NCBI GenBank assembly: GCA_963751925.1
Contig: CAVVWJ010000002.1
Coordinates: forward strand, 1,510,560-1,574,559
Direction of reading: 5' to 3'
Length of the DNA stretch: 64,000 bases
From: an uncultured Gemmatimonadales bacterium
Lineage (GTDB): Bacteria; Gemmatimonadota; Gemmatimonadetes; Gemmatimonadales; GWC2-71-9
In this document: positions 56,762 through 64,000 of the stretch, in pieces
Position numbering within the stretch: the stretch's first letter is position 1
How the letters are laid out: each line of letters begins with the position of its first letter
Notes under the pieces: model-generated
The model's database searches: none
Told to the model about the DNA's origin: nothing
The model's input: only the letters and a program-made list of their open reading frames with translations
Made by a program: the position numbers and the translations under genes

Positions 56762-57199
56762 TTAGGGGGCAGCGCCGCCGCGATCCACTTCATCCAGAAG
56801 CTCCGCCACGTCCTCCGGCGTAAGCCCCACATCCTGCAGCATCTGCTCGGTACTGGGGCGGCTGAAGTCCTCCCGCCTGGCCTCGAAGATCAACTCGTGT
56901 TCCTCTGGTCCTGCGAGCGCCTGATACTGCCGCAGCACCCACCCGCTCTCGTCGACAAACAGCCTCATCGCATGATCGAGCGACTCAAACACGTTTTCGC
57001 TCCAGGACCGGTCGCGCGGATGCCAGAAGCGGGTGACGAGGGTCGAGCCGGGCGGCACATCGTCCGTGGGCCGGACGGCCCGCGAGACCACCACCACCCA
57101 GTGTTCCCGGCCGGGTCGCTGCGAGTGTGTCGCCTGGGGAGCCGGCGCCGGTTCGAGCACCGGCTGTAGTTCTGACACACCAGAATGTTCATCATGCAT
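56762..57199 (-). CDS. hypothetical protein
   Basis: The ORF is trimmed to ATG 57199, because the longer form overlaps the AI-2E gene. The sequence looks globular and I recognise no motif. Confidence 0.45.
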   Translation of the reverse strand: MHDEHSGVSELQPVLEPAPAPQATHSQRPGREHWVVVVSRAVRPTDDVPPGSTLVTRFWHPRDRSWSENVFESLDHAMRLFVDESGWVLRQYQALAGPEEHELIFEARREDFSRPSTEQMLQDVGLTPEDVAELLDEVDRGGAAP

Positions 57200-57234
57200 C
57201 GAAGCGGATCCCACCCTGTAAGTCCGAAAGTCAG

Positions 57235-58314
57235 TCACTCGCCCAGCGCCGTGCCCAAGCGTGAGCCTGGCCGCAGGCGATCCGCGAAGATTTTGATGGC
57301 AGCCAGTATGGGAATCGCCATGAATGCGCCGGCAACTCCCCACAAAGCGTAGCCGGCCAGGGTACTGACGAGGACCATCACCGGATTGAGTTGCAAGCGA
57401 TTGCCATAGGCAAACGGGCTGACCGCGTTGTTTTGAATCGTCGTAATGGCGAGATAGGCTCCCGGCGCGAGCAAAATCTTACCGATGCTGTCAAAGGAGG
57501 CGAACGCGGCAATAGTGAGAAAGGCGATCATCAGGAACCCGCCGAGGTAGGGCAGGAACTCCAGGAAGAAGGTCAGCAATCCCCAGAGTGCCGGGTTGGG
57601 CAGGCCTATGAGCTTCATCACCAGTCCTACAGCGATGCCCTGCCCCAGGTTGATGATCGCAGTCACCACCAGGTAGTGGCGCACGACAGACTCGGCTTCT
57701 TCCACAGTGCCTTCGGCGGTCCCCTTGGCCGGCGTCGGCATGATGGCCGCGACCTTCCGGTGAAACAGACTCCCGGTGGCGAGCAGCAGGAAGACGAGAA
57801 TGAGCGTCTCGATGAACCCACTGAGAAGCGCCGTCGTCGTCCCGAAGACATGTGCCAGGAGCGTCGTCCCGCCGCCTGAAGATCCCTGCGCCGGTGGAGG
57901 ATCGGCCGGTTTTCCGTCTTTCCCTCCACCACCCGCAACCTCCTGCTGGACTTTCTCGACTGCCTGGGTGACCTGCTGCACCGGCCGTCGCAGCTTGTCG
58001 ATTTTGCCGCGCGCGGCAGCAAACGTCCTGGGCGCTTCGGCGACCCACTCTTGAACCGGTTGGGACAGCATGAAGATGCCGGTCCCCAGTAGTCCGAGGA
58101 CAGCCAGCACGATCACCGTTGCCGTCGCCGCCGCCGGGATGTGAAATCGTCCGAGCGCGTCCACGATGGGACGCAGGAGCGCAGTGAAGACCAGAGCGAG
58201 AGCAATCGGGACGAAGAGCTCGCGGCCGAAGTACAGCGCCGCTGCCGCGGCAATGCTCGCCAGCACGATCAGGCTGCCGGATCGTTTCGACGGTGCTGTC
58301 TCTGAGGACGACAT
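57235..58314 (-). CDS. AI-2E family transporter (PerM/UPF0118)
   Basis: Polytopic protein with family-typical segments (LEFLPYLGGF, AFMAIPILA). Confidence 0.8.
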   Translation of the reverse strand: MSSSETAPSKRSGSLIVLASIAAAAALYFGRELFVPIALALVFTALLRPIVDALGRFHIPAAATATVIVLAVLGLLGTGIFMLSQPVQEWVAEAPRTFAAARGKIDKLRRPVQQVTQAVEKVQQEVAGGGGKDGKPADPPPAQGSSGGGTTLLAHVFGTTTALLSGFIETLILVFLLLATGSLFHRKVAAIMPTPAKGTAEGTVEEAESVVRHYLVVTAIINLGQGIAVGLVMKLIGLPNPALWGLLTFFLEFLPYLGGFLMIAFLTIAAFASFDSIGKILLAPGAYLAITTIQNNAVSPFAYGNRLQLNPVMVLVSTLAGYALWGVAGAFMAIPILAAIKIFADRLRPGSRLGTALGE

Positions 58315-58880
58315 CAGTTTCCGTCCTCGCGCAGTAACGCGTAGAGGACGACGTCCTCATACAGGCCCCATTTCAGGACTCGCTCCCGCATAATCCCCTC
58401 TTGCCGCATCCCCAGATGCAGCATGACGCGCCCGGCTGCGGGGTTGCGCACCATGTGATGAGCGCAGATCCGATTGAGCCCTAACGTCTCAAAGCCGTAG
58501 CGAATCACAGCCTCAGCAGCCTCGCTGGCATAGCCATGGCCCCACCAGTCTACCCCGATCCAGAACCCGAGCTCAGCCTGCCGGTGCGAGGGATCGATGT
58601 CCCGAAGTCCAACCGAGCCGATGAGCTGAGCTTCTGGACCCAGCCGGATAGCGAGGTTGATGGCCCGCCCTCGCACCCTCTCTCGGCGCTGGTTAGCGAT
58701 CCAGGCTAACGCATGATCCAGCTCGTACGGATGAGGAATCGAGACCGTGGTGTCGGCAATCTGCCGGTCGCCCGCGAGCTGCTGGAGGGCGGCCGCGTCC
58801 TCGAGCCGAAACGCACCCAGACTCAGGCGTGCAGTTCGGAGATGTGGTGCAGCACCGAGAAGAGCCGATGAAGCTGTCAC
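58314..58880 (-). CDS. GNAT family N-acetyltransferase (RimJ/RimL-like)
   Basis: The TARLSLGAFRLEDA start, WGHGYASEA and the acetyl-CoA motif region. Confidence 0.8.
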   Translation of the reverse strand: MTASSALLGAAPHLRTARLSLGAFRLEDAAALQQLAGDRQIADTTVSIPHPYELDHALAWIANQRRERVRGRAINLAIRLGPEAQLIGSVGLRDIDPSHRQAELGFWIGVDWWGHGYASEAAEAVIRYGFETLGLNRICAHHMVRNPAAGRVMLHLGMRQEGIMRERVLKWGLYEDVVLYALLREDGN

Positions 58881-58919
58881 TAGGCAACCGGGTTAATAGG
58901 GCGGAAAGCCTGGATTATC

Positions 58920-59405
58920 CTACTTCGACGGCCAGTTACCCAGGAGGCGTCGAACAGCGACCATCTGGCCGAGGTGATACGCATTGTGGTCCGCGACGAG
59001 GAGAAGCTCTCGCAAATAGGTCTGCCCGGTCCCGTGTGGGATCTTTGCGAGCAGGTCGACTGACGGGTCGGACGCGAGCCGTTGAAGCGCCTTCTGGTCC
59101 TGACGAAACTCTTTGATGCTGTTGCCCCACGATCCCGGCTTCGGTGGGCCGGGCGTGGCCGGCCAGTAATCATCCGGCCAATGTTTTTCGACGTATTTCG
59201 GGTTGCGGCAGAACTCCAGAATATCCTGCTGGGTAATCCTCAGATGCTCCAACAGCTGCCATGGCGAATAGGGCAGCCCCGGAGCAACCGCGCCCTGCAG
59301 AGTCGGCGGAATGTCCTTGGTGATCGTGTCGAACGGCGCGTGCGCATCCCCCCAGTCCAGCACTGCGGAGAGATGCTCGCGTACTTCAGAGATCGAGTCC
59401 ATCAA
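58920..59405 (-). CDS. DinB family (DinB_2-like) protein
   Basis: Four-helix-bundle His triad context (WQLLEHL, DHNAYHLGQ). Confidence 0.7.
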   Translation of the reverse strand: MMDSISEVREHLSAVLDWGDAHAPFDTITKDIPPTLQGAVAPGLPYSPWQLLEHLRITQQDILEFCRNPKYVEKHWPDDYWPATPGPPKPGSWGNSIKEFRQDQKALQRLASDPSVDLLAKIPHGTGQTYLRELLLVADHNAYHLGQMVAVRRLLGNWPSK

Positions 59406-59430
59406 AAAGGCGCGGCTAGGCCGCGAAGAA
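59406..59430 (-). terminator. GC hairpin plus T5 abutting the DinB start codon (terminator/attenuator-like)
   Basis: The minus strand reads CGCGGC-cta-GCCGCG-CC-TTTTT-G-ATG. Confidence 0.35.
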
Positions 59431-59662
59431 GCCTTCTGGTTTGATACGGATGGACATGAAGTTCCGCCAGAGGAGGGGATCGCTCGGGCTCACCGGGAAC
59501 GAGCCGGGACAATGTAACCCTCCCAATGCCGTTCGGTGAGAGGTGCAATGGAGCCCCCGGGGCCGCTCCGAGGGCCGATTGCAACGCCGCTATCCGCCCC
59601 CTGCTTCCAGCAGCTTTCAGCCGCTCCCGAGGTGCGAGATCGTGGCGCGGTCTCCTCGGAGG

Positions 59663-59866
59663 CTACTCGCGATAGGCGTCGACCGACGCGTTCAGGTCCC
59701 GCCGCAACTCGGCGTCCCCACTGATGAGGCTGCTCCAGGAAAGCTCCTGGCCCTTGCGTGCCCCCTTCGGAGTGATCTTCACACCCTCGGGTGAGATGGC
59801 GACCGTATACAGCTTGCCCTCGAGCTCGAGCTCCCGCTTGATCGTCTTGTCGAGTTTTGTAGCCAT
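59663..59866 (-). CDS. small hypothetical protein (67 aa)
   Basis: MATKLDKTIKRELELEGKLYTVAISPEGVKITPKG... has a balanced composition. The longer ORF-track form adds an Arg/Trp-rich, non-protein-like extension. Confidence 0.45.
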   Translation of the reverse strand: MATKLDKTIKRELELEGKLYTVAISPEGVKITPKGARKGQELSWSSLISGDAELRRDLNASVDAYRE

Positions 59867-60014
59867 GCCGTCCTCAGGTTGTGGATGGGGCGCCGACTGC
59901 GCGCAATTCCCTGCATCTAGGCTCCGCCAAGTATACGTAGCAGGGGGCGCCGCCGTCGAGTTGCGCTGACAGGACGACACCCTAGACTTGGAGGTGACCC
60001 CCCCAGGCCAATTC

Positions 60015-60224
60015 ATGAAGACCCAGCGCGAGGCTCGTCTCAAGGCGGAGTTCGCCTCTCTCTATCCAGGGCTCAAACCGGGCCTCTGGTACAACGCTGC
60101 CTGGCTATCGGCCAGGCAGTTCGCACGCCTTCCCTGTGATGGGAAAGCTGCATCGCTGGCCAATATGGTCAAAGACAGCCATTTCGAATTCCGCGGCGGC
60201 CGGCCACGAAGGGCAAGGAAGTAG
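60015..60224 (+). CDS. small basic hypothetical protein (69 aa)
   Basis: MKTQREARLKAEFASLYPGLKPGLWYNAAW... Coding status is uncertain. Confidence 0.35.
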   Translation: MKTQREARLKAEFASLYPGLKPGLWYNAAWLSARQFARLPCDGKAASLANMVKDSHFEFRGGRPRRARK

Positions 60225-60231
60225 CTGGCCT

Positions 60232-60684
60232 TCAGTCGCTCTCGAGCGAGCGATTCCCATCCACATACTTGAGGTTGAAGCGGAAGGCGTCGATCAACCA
60301 GCGGCCCTCGATCCGGAGAAGATGCACGTCGTAGCTTCCCACGAACGTCCTGGTATTACGGCCGGATCTGGTAATTCGGAAGTGTGACGCGATGGCGTAG
60401 CAGAATGCGGTCGCCTGATCTCCCTGCACATCCACGCGATAGTTCCCGGCCTGGTGGTGAATCGCTTCCACAGGCCGCAAGCCCTCCTCCCACCCGAGTG
60501 CGATCTGTTCGGGCGTCAGATCGCCCGCACTGCCTCCTCCCAACGACGTCATGTCGAACAACACGGCATCTGCAAAGCACCCGCGGACCTGCGGCCAGTC
60601 CCGCCTGTCGGTCGCGATGAACAGCTGGTTGATGGTGTCGATGATGCGATCCTTCTCGAGCAGTAATCGAACGGCGTCTTCCAT
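60232..60684 (-). CDS. NTF2-like / SnoaL-like family protein
   Basis: IIDTINQLFIATDRRDWPQVRGCFADAVLFD is typical of SnoaL_3/DUF4440-like proteins. Confidence 0.7.
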   Translation of the reverse strand: MEDAVRLLLEKDRIIDTINQLFIATDRRDWPQVRGCFADAVLFDMTSLGGGSAGDLTPEQIALGWEEGLRPVEAIHHQAGNYRVDVQGDQATAFCYAIASHFRITRSGRNTRTFVGSYDVHLLRIEGRWLIDAFRFNLKYVDGNRSLESD

Positions 60685-60801
60685 GCATGCTCCAGAGACA
60701 ATGTTTCGAGCGCAACGATCGGGAGGCGCGAATGCCGGTCAGTGCCGATCTTGGCCTTCGACCGGAAGGATAGCGCTTCACTGCTTCGGACAAGGGGTCC
60801 C

Positions 60802-61278
60802 ATGCTCAAGTATCGCATCAGCGGGTTGGCGAACGAAACGGCGGAGGAGGTCAGGACGACACTGCGGTCACCTCAGTACGGGCATCCCGCGCATGTAGAG
60901 ACGGCCACAGGATACGGTCCCTGCCGGGTTTGCCTCCACACCTTCGAGGAGGGACGTGACGAGCGGATTCTGTTCACCTATCAGCCATTCCATGACCCAG
61001 CAGCGCTACCTGCTCCCGGCCCGGTGTTCATCCACCGGAAACGGTGCTCCCGATACGATGACCTCGACTTTCCGGCAGAGCTACGCGGGTTGCCCCTCGC
61101 GTTGGACAGTCACGGCGAAGGAGGGCTGCTGGTCTCACGTGAACGGGTGGGCCAACAGCTGGTGGACGATGTGGTGCGGCGTCAGCTGTCGGATCCCAAG
61201 GTCGAGTATCTCCACCTGCGGAACGCCGAAGCGGGTTGCTTCATCGCCCGCATTGACCCGGTGTTCGCGTGCGACTGA
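60802..61278 (+). CDS. DUF1203 family protein
   Basis: The SPQYGHPAHVETATGYGPCRVCLHTFEEGRDERILFTYQPF pattern. Confidence 0.7.
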   Translation: MLKYRISGLANETAEEVRTTLRSPQYGHPAHVETATGYGPCRVCLHTFEEGRDERILFTYQPFHDPAALPAPGPVFIHRKRCSRYDDLDFPAELRGLPLALDSHGEGGLLVSRERVGQQLVDDVVRRQLSDPKVEYLHLRNAEAGCFIARIDPVFACD

Positions 61279-61523
61279 CCGGCAACAAGCTGTATGTGGT
61301 GGGTGGGGGCGGCACAGGCGGACTGCAGACGGTGTTTGCCTACGATCCGGTCTCGAACAGCTGGGCGAAAAAGGCCTCACTCCCGACCGGCCCGGACCCG
61401 GCTGGCCGCAGCCACCGTTACCGCCTTCGTCAATTCCAAGATTCTGGCTCTCGGCGGATGCGGATACTGGTTGCCCTACACCAGCGGTGGACGCCTCCAA
61501 GCCCTAGGAATCGGCGAAATTGA
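61269..61523 (+). pseudogene. Kelch-repeat gene remnant (about 1.5 blades, frame-shifted, no N-terminus)
   Basis: Frame 0 reads GNKLYVVGGGG...VFAYDPVSNSWAKKASLPT. The next blade (AAATVTAFVNSKILALGG) continues in the +1 frame. Confidence 0.6.
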
Positions 61524-61527
61524 AGAA

Positions 61528-61550
61528 GGGCCGCTCCAGTGGAGCGGCCC
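61528..61550. terminator. perfect 9-bp GC hairpin downstream of tRNA-Asn
   Basis: GGGCCGCTC-cagtg-GAGCGGCCC. On the minus strand it is followed by TTCTTCAATTT. Confidence 0.55.
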
Positions 61551-61570
61551 TTCGCAGATCGCCTGGAAAG

Positions 61571-61643
61571 CTCCCGAGGAGGGACTCGAACCCCCGACCC
61601 GGTGATTAACAGTCACCTGCTCTACCAACTGAGCTACTCGGGA
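61571..61643 (-). tRNA. tRNA-Asn (anticodon GUU), no encoded CCA
   Basis: The reverse complement folds as a cloverleaf: acceptor TCCCGAG/CTCGGGA, D stem GCTC/GAGC, anticodon stem GGTGA/TCACC with loop CTGTTAA, and T loop TTCGAGT. Confidence 0.95.
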
Positions 61644-61726
61644 TCGACTGCTCGTCGTCTAAGGGACCGGCAGCAGGGAGCAAAAATTAGTGGCGAGGAA
61701 TCAGTTAGGCAACGAGGCGGCAGGCC

Positions 61727-62167
61727 CTACAACGCACCACTCAGGGCTTGGCGCCGCATGGTGACGACCGCCCTGAGCACGTGCCCTACTCTCACCCGGA
61801 CCGTCCGGTGCACCGGCTGAAAACCCATGCAGCGGACGCCCAGCGTATAGGTCCCTGGTAGCAGCTGCGGAAAGCGAAACATGTTCTGAAGCCGGGCGGC
61901 AGCAATAGGGCGCACATCCGCCAGTTGGGTACCCCGGGGCTGGAGCCAAGCATCGCCATTGCAGCCGCGCTCACCGGTACCGGTAACAACCGATCCCAGC
62001 ACCACGCCATAGCGGTATCTCTCGGTGAGCGGCAGGGCCATCGCGTCCGGTCCGACCACTCCGAGGGGAGCGCTGCGCCGCTCGAGCAGCATGCTCGAGT
62101 GGGTTTGCGCCGTGCAGCTGCCCGCCATGCTGAGAAGAAGGATGAGTGTCAGCAGTATCAATTTCAC
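61727..62167 (-). CDS. secreted carboxypeptidase-regulatory-like (CarboxypepD_reg) domain protein
   Basis: Signal peptide MKLILLTLILLLSMAGSCTAQ, and LLPGTYTLGVRCMGFQPVHRTVRV, which is typical of the Ig-like regulatory domain. Confidence 0.6.
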   Translation of the reverse strand: MKLILLTLILLLSMAGSCTAQTHSSMLLERRSAPLGVVGPDAMALPLTERYRYGVVLGSVVTGTGERGCNGDAWLQPRGTQLADVRPIAAARLQNMFRFPQLLPGTYTLGVRCMGFQPVHRTVRVRVGHVLRAVVTMRRQALSGAL

Positions 62168-62191
62168 ACCCGTTGGATGCTGGAATTGGAG

Positions 62192-62407
62192 CTAGGGTTG
62201 ATTGTCGACTGAATCGAGCCGAGCTTGCCGGGCACTCGCCGAGTCGCTGACGCGGAGCGCGCCCCGAATCCCCTGCGCCCCCGGCAGGCGCGACTCACCC
62301 AGGACGCTATCACGCTCCCGCTCGCTCGCCGATCCGGCCCTCTCACTCCGGCTCTTGGGGGAGCAGGACAGGACCAAAAGGCAACCAGAGAAGACGAGAA
62401 AGCGCAT
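62192..62407 (-). CDS. small lipoprotein (71 aa)
   Basis: MRFLVFSGCLLVLSCS has a lipobox LVLSC, and the mature part is Ser/Arg-rich. Confidence 0.5.
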   Translation of the reverse strand: MRFLVFSGCLLVLSCSPKSRSERAGSASERERDSVLGESRLPGAQGIRGALRVSDSASARQARLDSVDNQP

Positions 62408-62748
62408 GGGGAATCTCCGACGAGGGAAGATCCCAATCTAGTTTCGATATGCGCTAAATTGCGCTGCCGGGTGACCCAAGCCACAGCCAGCATTCATCCG
62501 CCACGCGATGCTTTGTACGCCCCCTTTTTGCGAGCGTCTATCGCTCGCCTGATACATGTCTTACAAATCGCGTGAGCATTCGCTCACAGCAGCCATGCTC
62601 GACGTGAGTGTTCACTGGCCTTCGGCGCAGTTCAGGTCGCCGTTTTTGTTGACAGTTGGCCCGCGAAACTTGCATCTAAGTGATTGTTGAGAAAAATGTT
62701 ACAGAATTTAGACTACCGCTTTTTCCGGCGGTACATACCTTCGTCTCC

Positions 62749-63840
62749 ATGCCCCTGCACTCGCTCGTAGGGCACCGGGTCGCCCGGAAGAGGCTGGCCC
62801 ACGCGGCCCGAACGAACAAGCTACCCCAGGTCATTCTGCTGACCGGGCCGGCAGGGATCGGGAAGCAGCGGATGGCGCTCTGGCTTGCCGAGCTGCTGCT
62901 CTGCGAGCAGAAGGGCGATGAGCCGTGTGGAGTCTGCCGGTCGTGCCGGCTGGTGGGCGGGCTCTCCCATCCTGACGTGCACTGGCTGGTTCCAATCGCC
63001 CGGCCCAAGGCTTCGGATCCGGACAAGCAGGTGGATGAGGCGGGTCAGGCGATTGCGCAGATCCTGGACGAACGGCGGAAGGAGTCGTTCTACCCGCCGG
63101 CTGATGGAATGGCGATTCACGGGTTGGCGAGCGTGCGCCTGTTGCAGCGTCGGGCCGCGCTCACGCCGGTAGAAGGGGGCCGCCGAGTCTTCATCATCGG
63201 CGACGCCGACCGGTTGATTCCACAGGAGGCGAGCCAGGAGGCAGCCAACGCCCTCCTGAAGCTGCTGGAAGAGCCGCCGGCAGGTAGCGTCTTCATTATG
63301 ACGACGGTCGAAGCTCGGCGGCTGCTGCCGACGATGCGATCCCGAGCGGTGCCGCTCCGGCTCGGCCGCCTGACCGATGCTGAAGTGCGAGGGTTTCTCG
63401 AGAGTCACCTTCGCCCGCGGCCGGCAGACAAGGAACTGGATCATCGGGTCGCACTGGCCGAAGGATCGATCGGCTGTGGGCTTCAGGCGGGAGATGACGC
63501 CGGAAAGGCGCAGCAGGCAGCTCGGCAGTGGCTCGAGGCGGTGCTGGCAGGCTCAGGCTCTGCCTTCGAGCGGGCCCTGGGTCAGCCGGCGTGGTCGGCC
63601 CGGGGCGAGTTCACCGCCATGCTCGATGCCGTTGCCGATACGTTGGGGGACGCAGCACGAGGGACGCTGGGGCAGCCGACGCGGCGCCCGGTTCCTCAAA
63701 AGCTGCTGCGGCATCGGCGTCCTGATCCGTTGCTGAAGGCGCTGGAGCATGTGGCTGATGCGCGGGAGGCGGCATGGGGAAACGTGAACCCCCAGATTCT
63801 GCTGGCAGTCCTGGGCGACGAGTTGGCCGGAGTTCTGTGA
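62749..63840 (+). CDS. holB: DNA polymerase III delta' subunit
   Basis: [23 protein letters not shown], the zinc module CGVCRSCR, and the SRAVPLRL sensor motif. ATG 62749 is preferred, since the upstream part of the ORF is AT-richer and non-protein-like. Confidence 0.85.
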   Translation: MPLHSLVGHRVARKRLAHAARTNKLPQVILLTGPAGIGKQRMALWLAELLLCEQKGDEPCGVCRSCRLVGGLSHPDVHWLVPIARPKASDPDKQVDEAGQAIAQILDERRKESFYPPADGMAIHGLASVRLLQRRAALTPVEGGRRVFIIGDADRLIPQEASQEAANALLKLLEEPPAGSVFIMTTVEARRLLPTMRSRAVPLRLGRLTDAEVRGFLESHLRPRPADKELDHRVALAEGSIGCGLQAGDDAGKAQQAARQWLEAVLAGSGSAFERALGQPAWSARGEFTAMLDAVADTLGDAARGTLGQPTRRPVPQKLLRHRRPDPLLKALEHVADAREAAWGNVNPQILLAVLGDELAGVL

Positions 63841-64000
63841 AGCTGACTCATCTGGACGAGGGTGGCCGGGCCCGCATGGTCGATGTCGGACCCAAGCCGG
63901 AAACCGACCGGGAAGCGGAAGCGGAAGGGGCGGTCCGGATGTCCCGCGAGGCATACGACCTTATCGCGGCGCAAGCGGTCGCCAAGGGTGACGTTCTGCC
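63837..64000 (+). CDS. moaC: cyclic pyranopterin monophosphate synthase MoaC, N-terminal part (3' end outside the window)
   Basis: The translation [36 protein letters not shown]...KGDVL matches the MoaC N-terminus. GTGA overlap with the holB stop. Confidence 0.8.
   Translation, partial: MKLTHLDEGGRARMVDVGPKPETDREAEAEGAVRMSREAYDLIAAQAVAKGDVL

Noticed and set aside
56762-57343. Long forms of several ORFs: 56762..57343, 3977..5494, 50305..51831, 12546..15896, 15830..17722, 62680..63840 and 41585..41944.
   Set aside because: The N-terminal extensions overlap neighbouring genes or have non-protein-like composition. Internal starts give family-typical lengths and often create ATGA/GTGA coupling.
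61269-61726. Integrated mobile element or prophage remnant at tRNA-Asn, and likewise at tRNA-Ile (594-667).
   Set aside because: No integrase, transposase or phage gene is present, and I could find no direct repeat of the tRNA 3' half by eye. Only a gene fragment is present.
62649-62677. TTGACA at 62649-62654 as a -35 box for holB.
   Set aside because: No acceptable -10 hexamer lies at 16-19 bp spacing (gcatct, catcta). The promoter consensus of this organism is also unknown.

Overview
GC-rich, gene-dense bacterial chromosomal segment with about 70 genes. It appears to come from a diderm organism: it encodes SurA-like chaperones, an LPS-type family-9 glycosyltransferase, FtsEX plus an EnvC-like M23 protein, and beta-barrel and lipoproteins. 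Stop/start overlaps (ATGA, GTGA, TTGA) and GTG/TTG starts are frequent. Most content is housekeeping: typA, hisD divergent from a CNNM-hisZ-hisG string, a minus-strand DUF58 > BatA/vWA > mfd > two PPIases > pdxA string, lepA, ftsEX, nfo, pckA, a uvrA-family gene, holB, moaC (cut by the window end), and two stand-alone tRNAs (Ile-GAU, Asn-GUU). I saw no rRNA, CRISPR array, transposase, integrase or recognisable phage gene. Five things stand out. (1) A GHKL-ATPase plus STAS-like(DUF4325-type)/wHTH gene pair is translationally welded into a glycosyltransferase / sugar-kinase / PLP-lyase operon. (2) Two long intergenic palindromes between convergent genes are built from short tandem units. One has a strict 15-bp period on both arms and runs into the stop codons of both flanking genes. 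(3) Four ORFs would each be restored by removing exactly one base (always the +1 direction), and hisG has a conserved N-terminus reachable only from a CTG. (4) A coupled proline-rich protein / ATP-grasp / HemL-like aminotransferase trio. (5) Degenerate signalling proteins: a pseudo-receiver-GAF-SGSEF GGDEF protein with an intact I-site, and a tail-anchored triple-FHA protein with PP2C. All family calls come from reading motifs by eye. No database or structure search was run, so family names are hypotheses.
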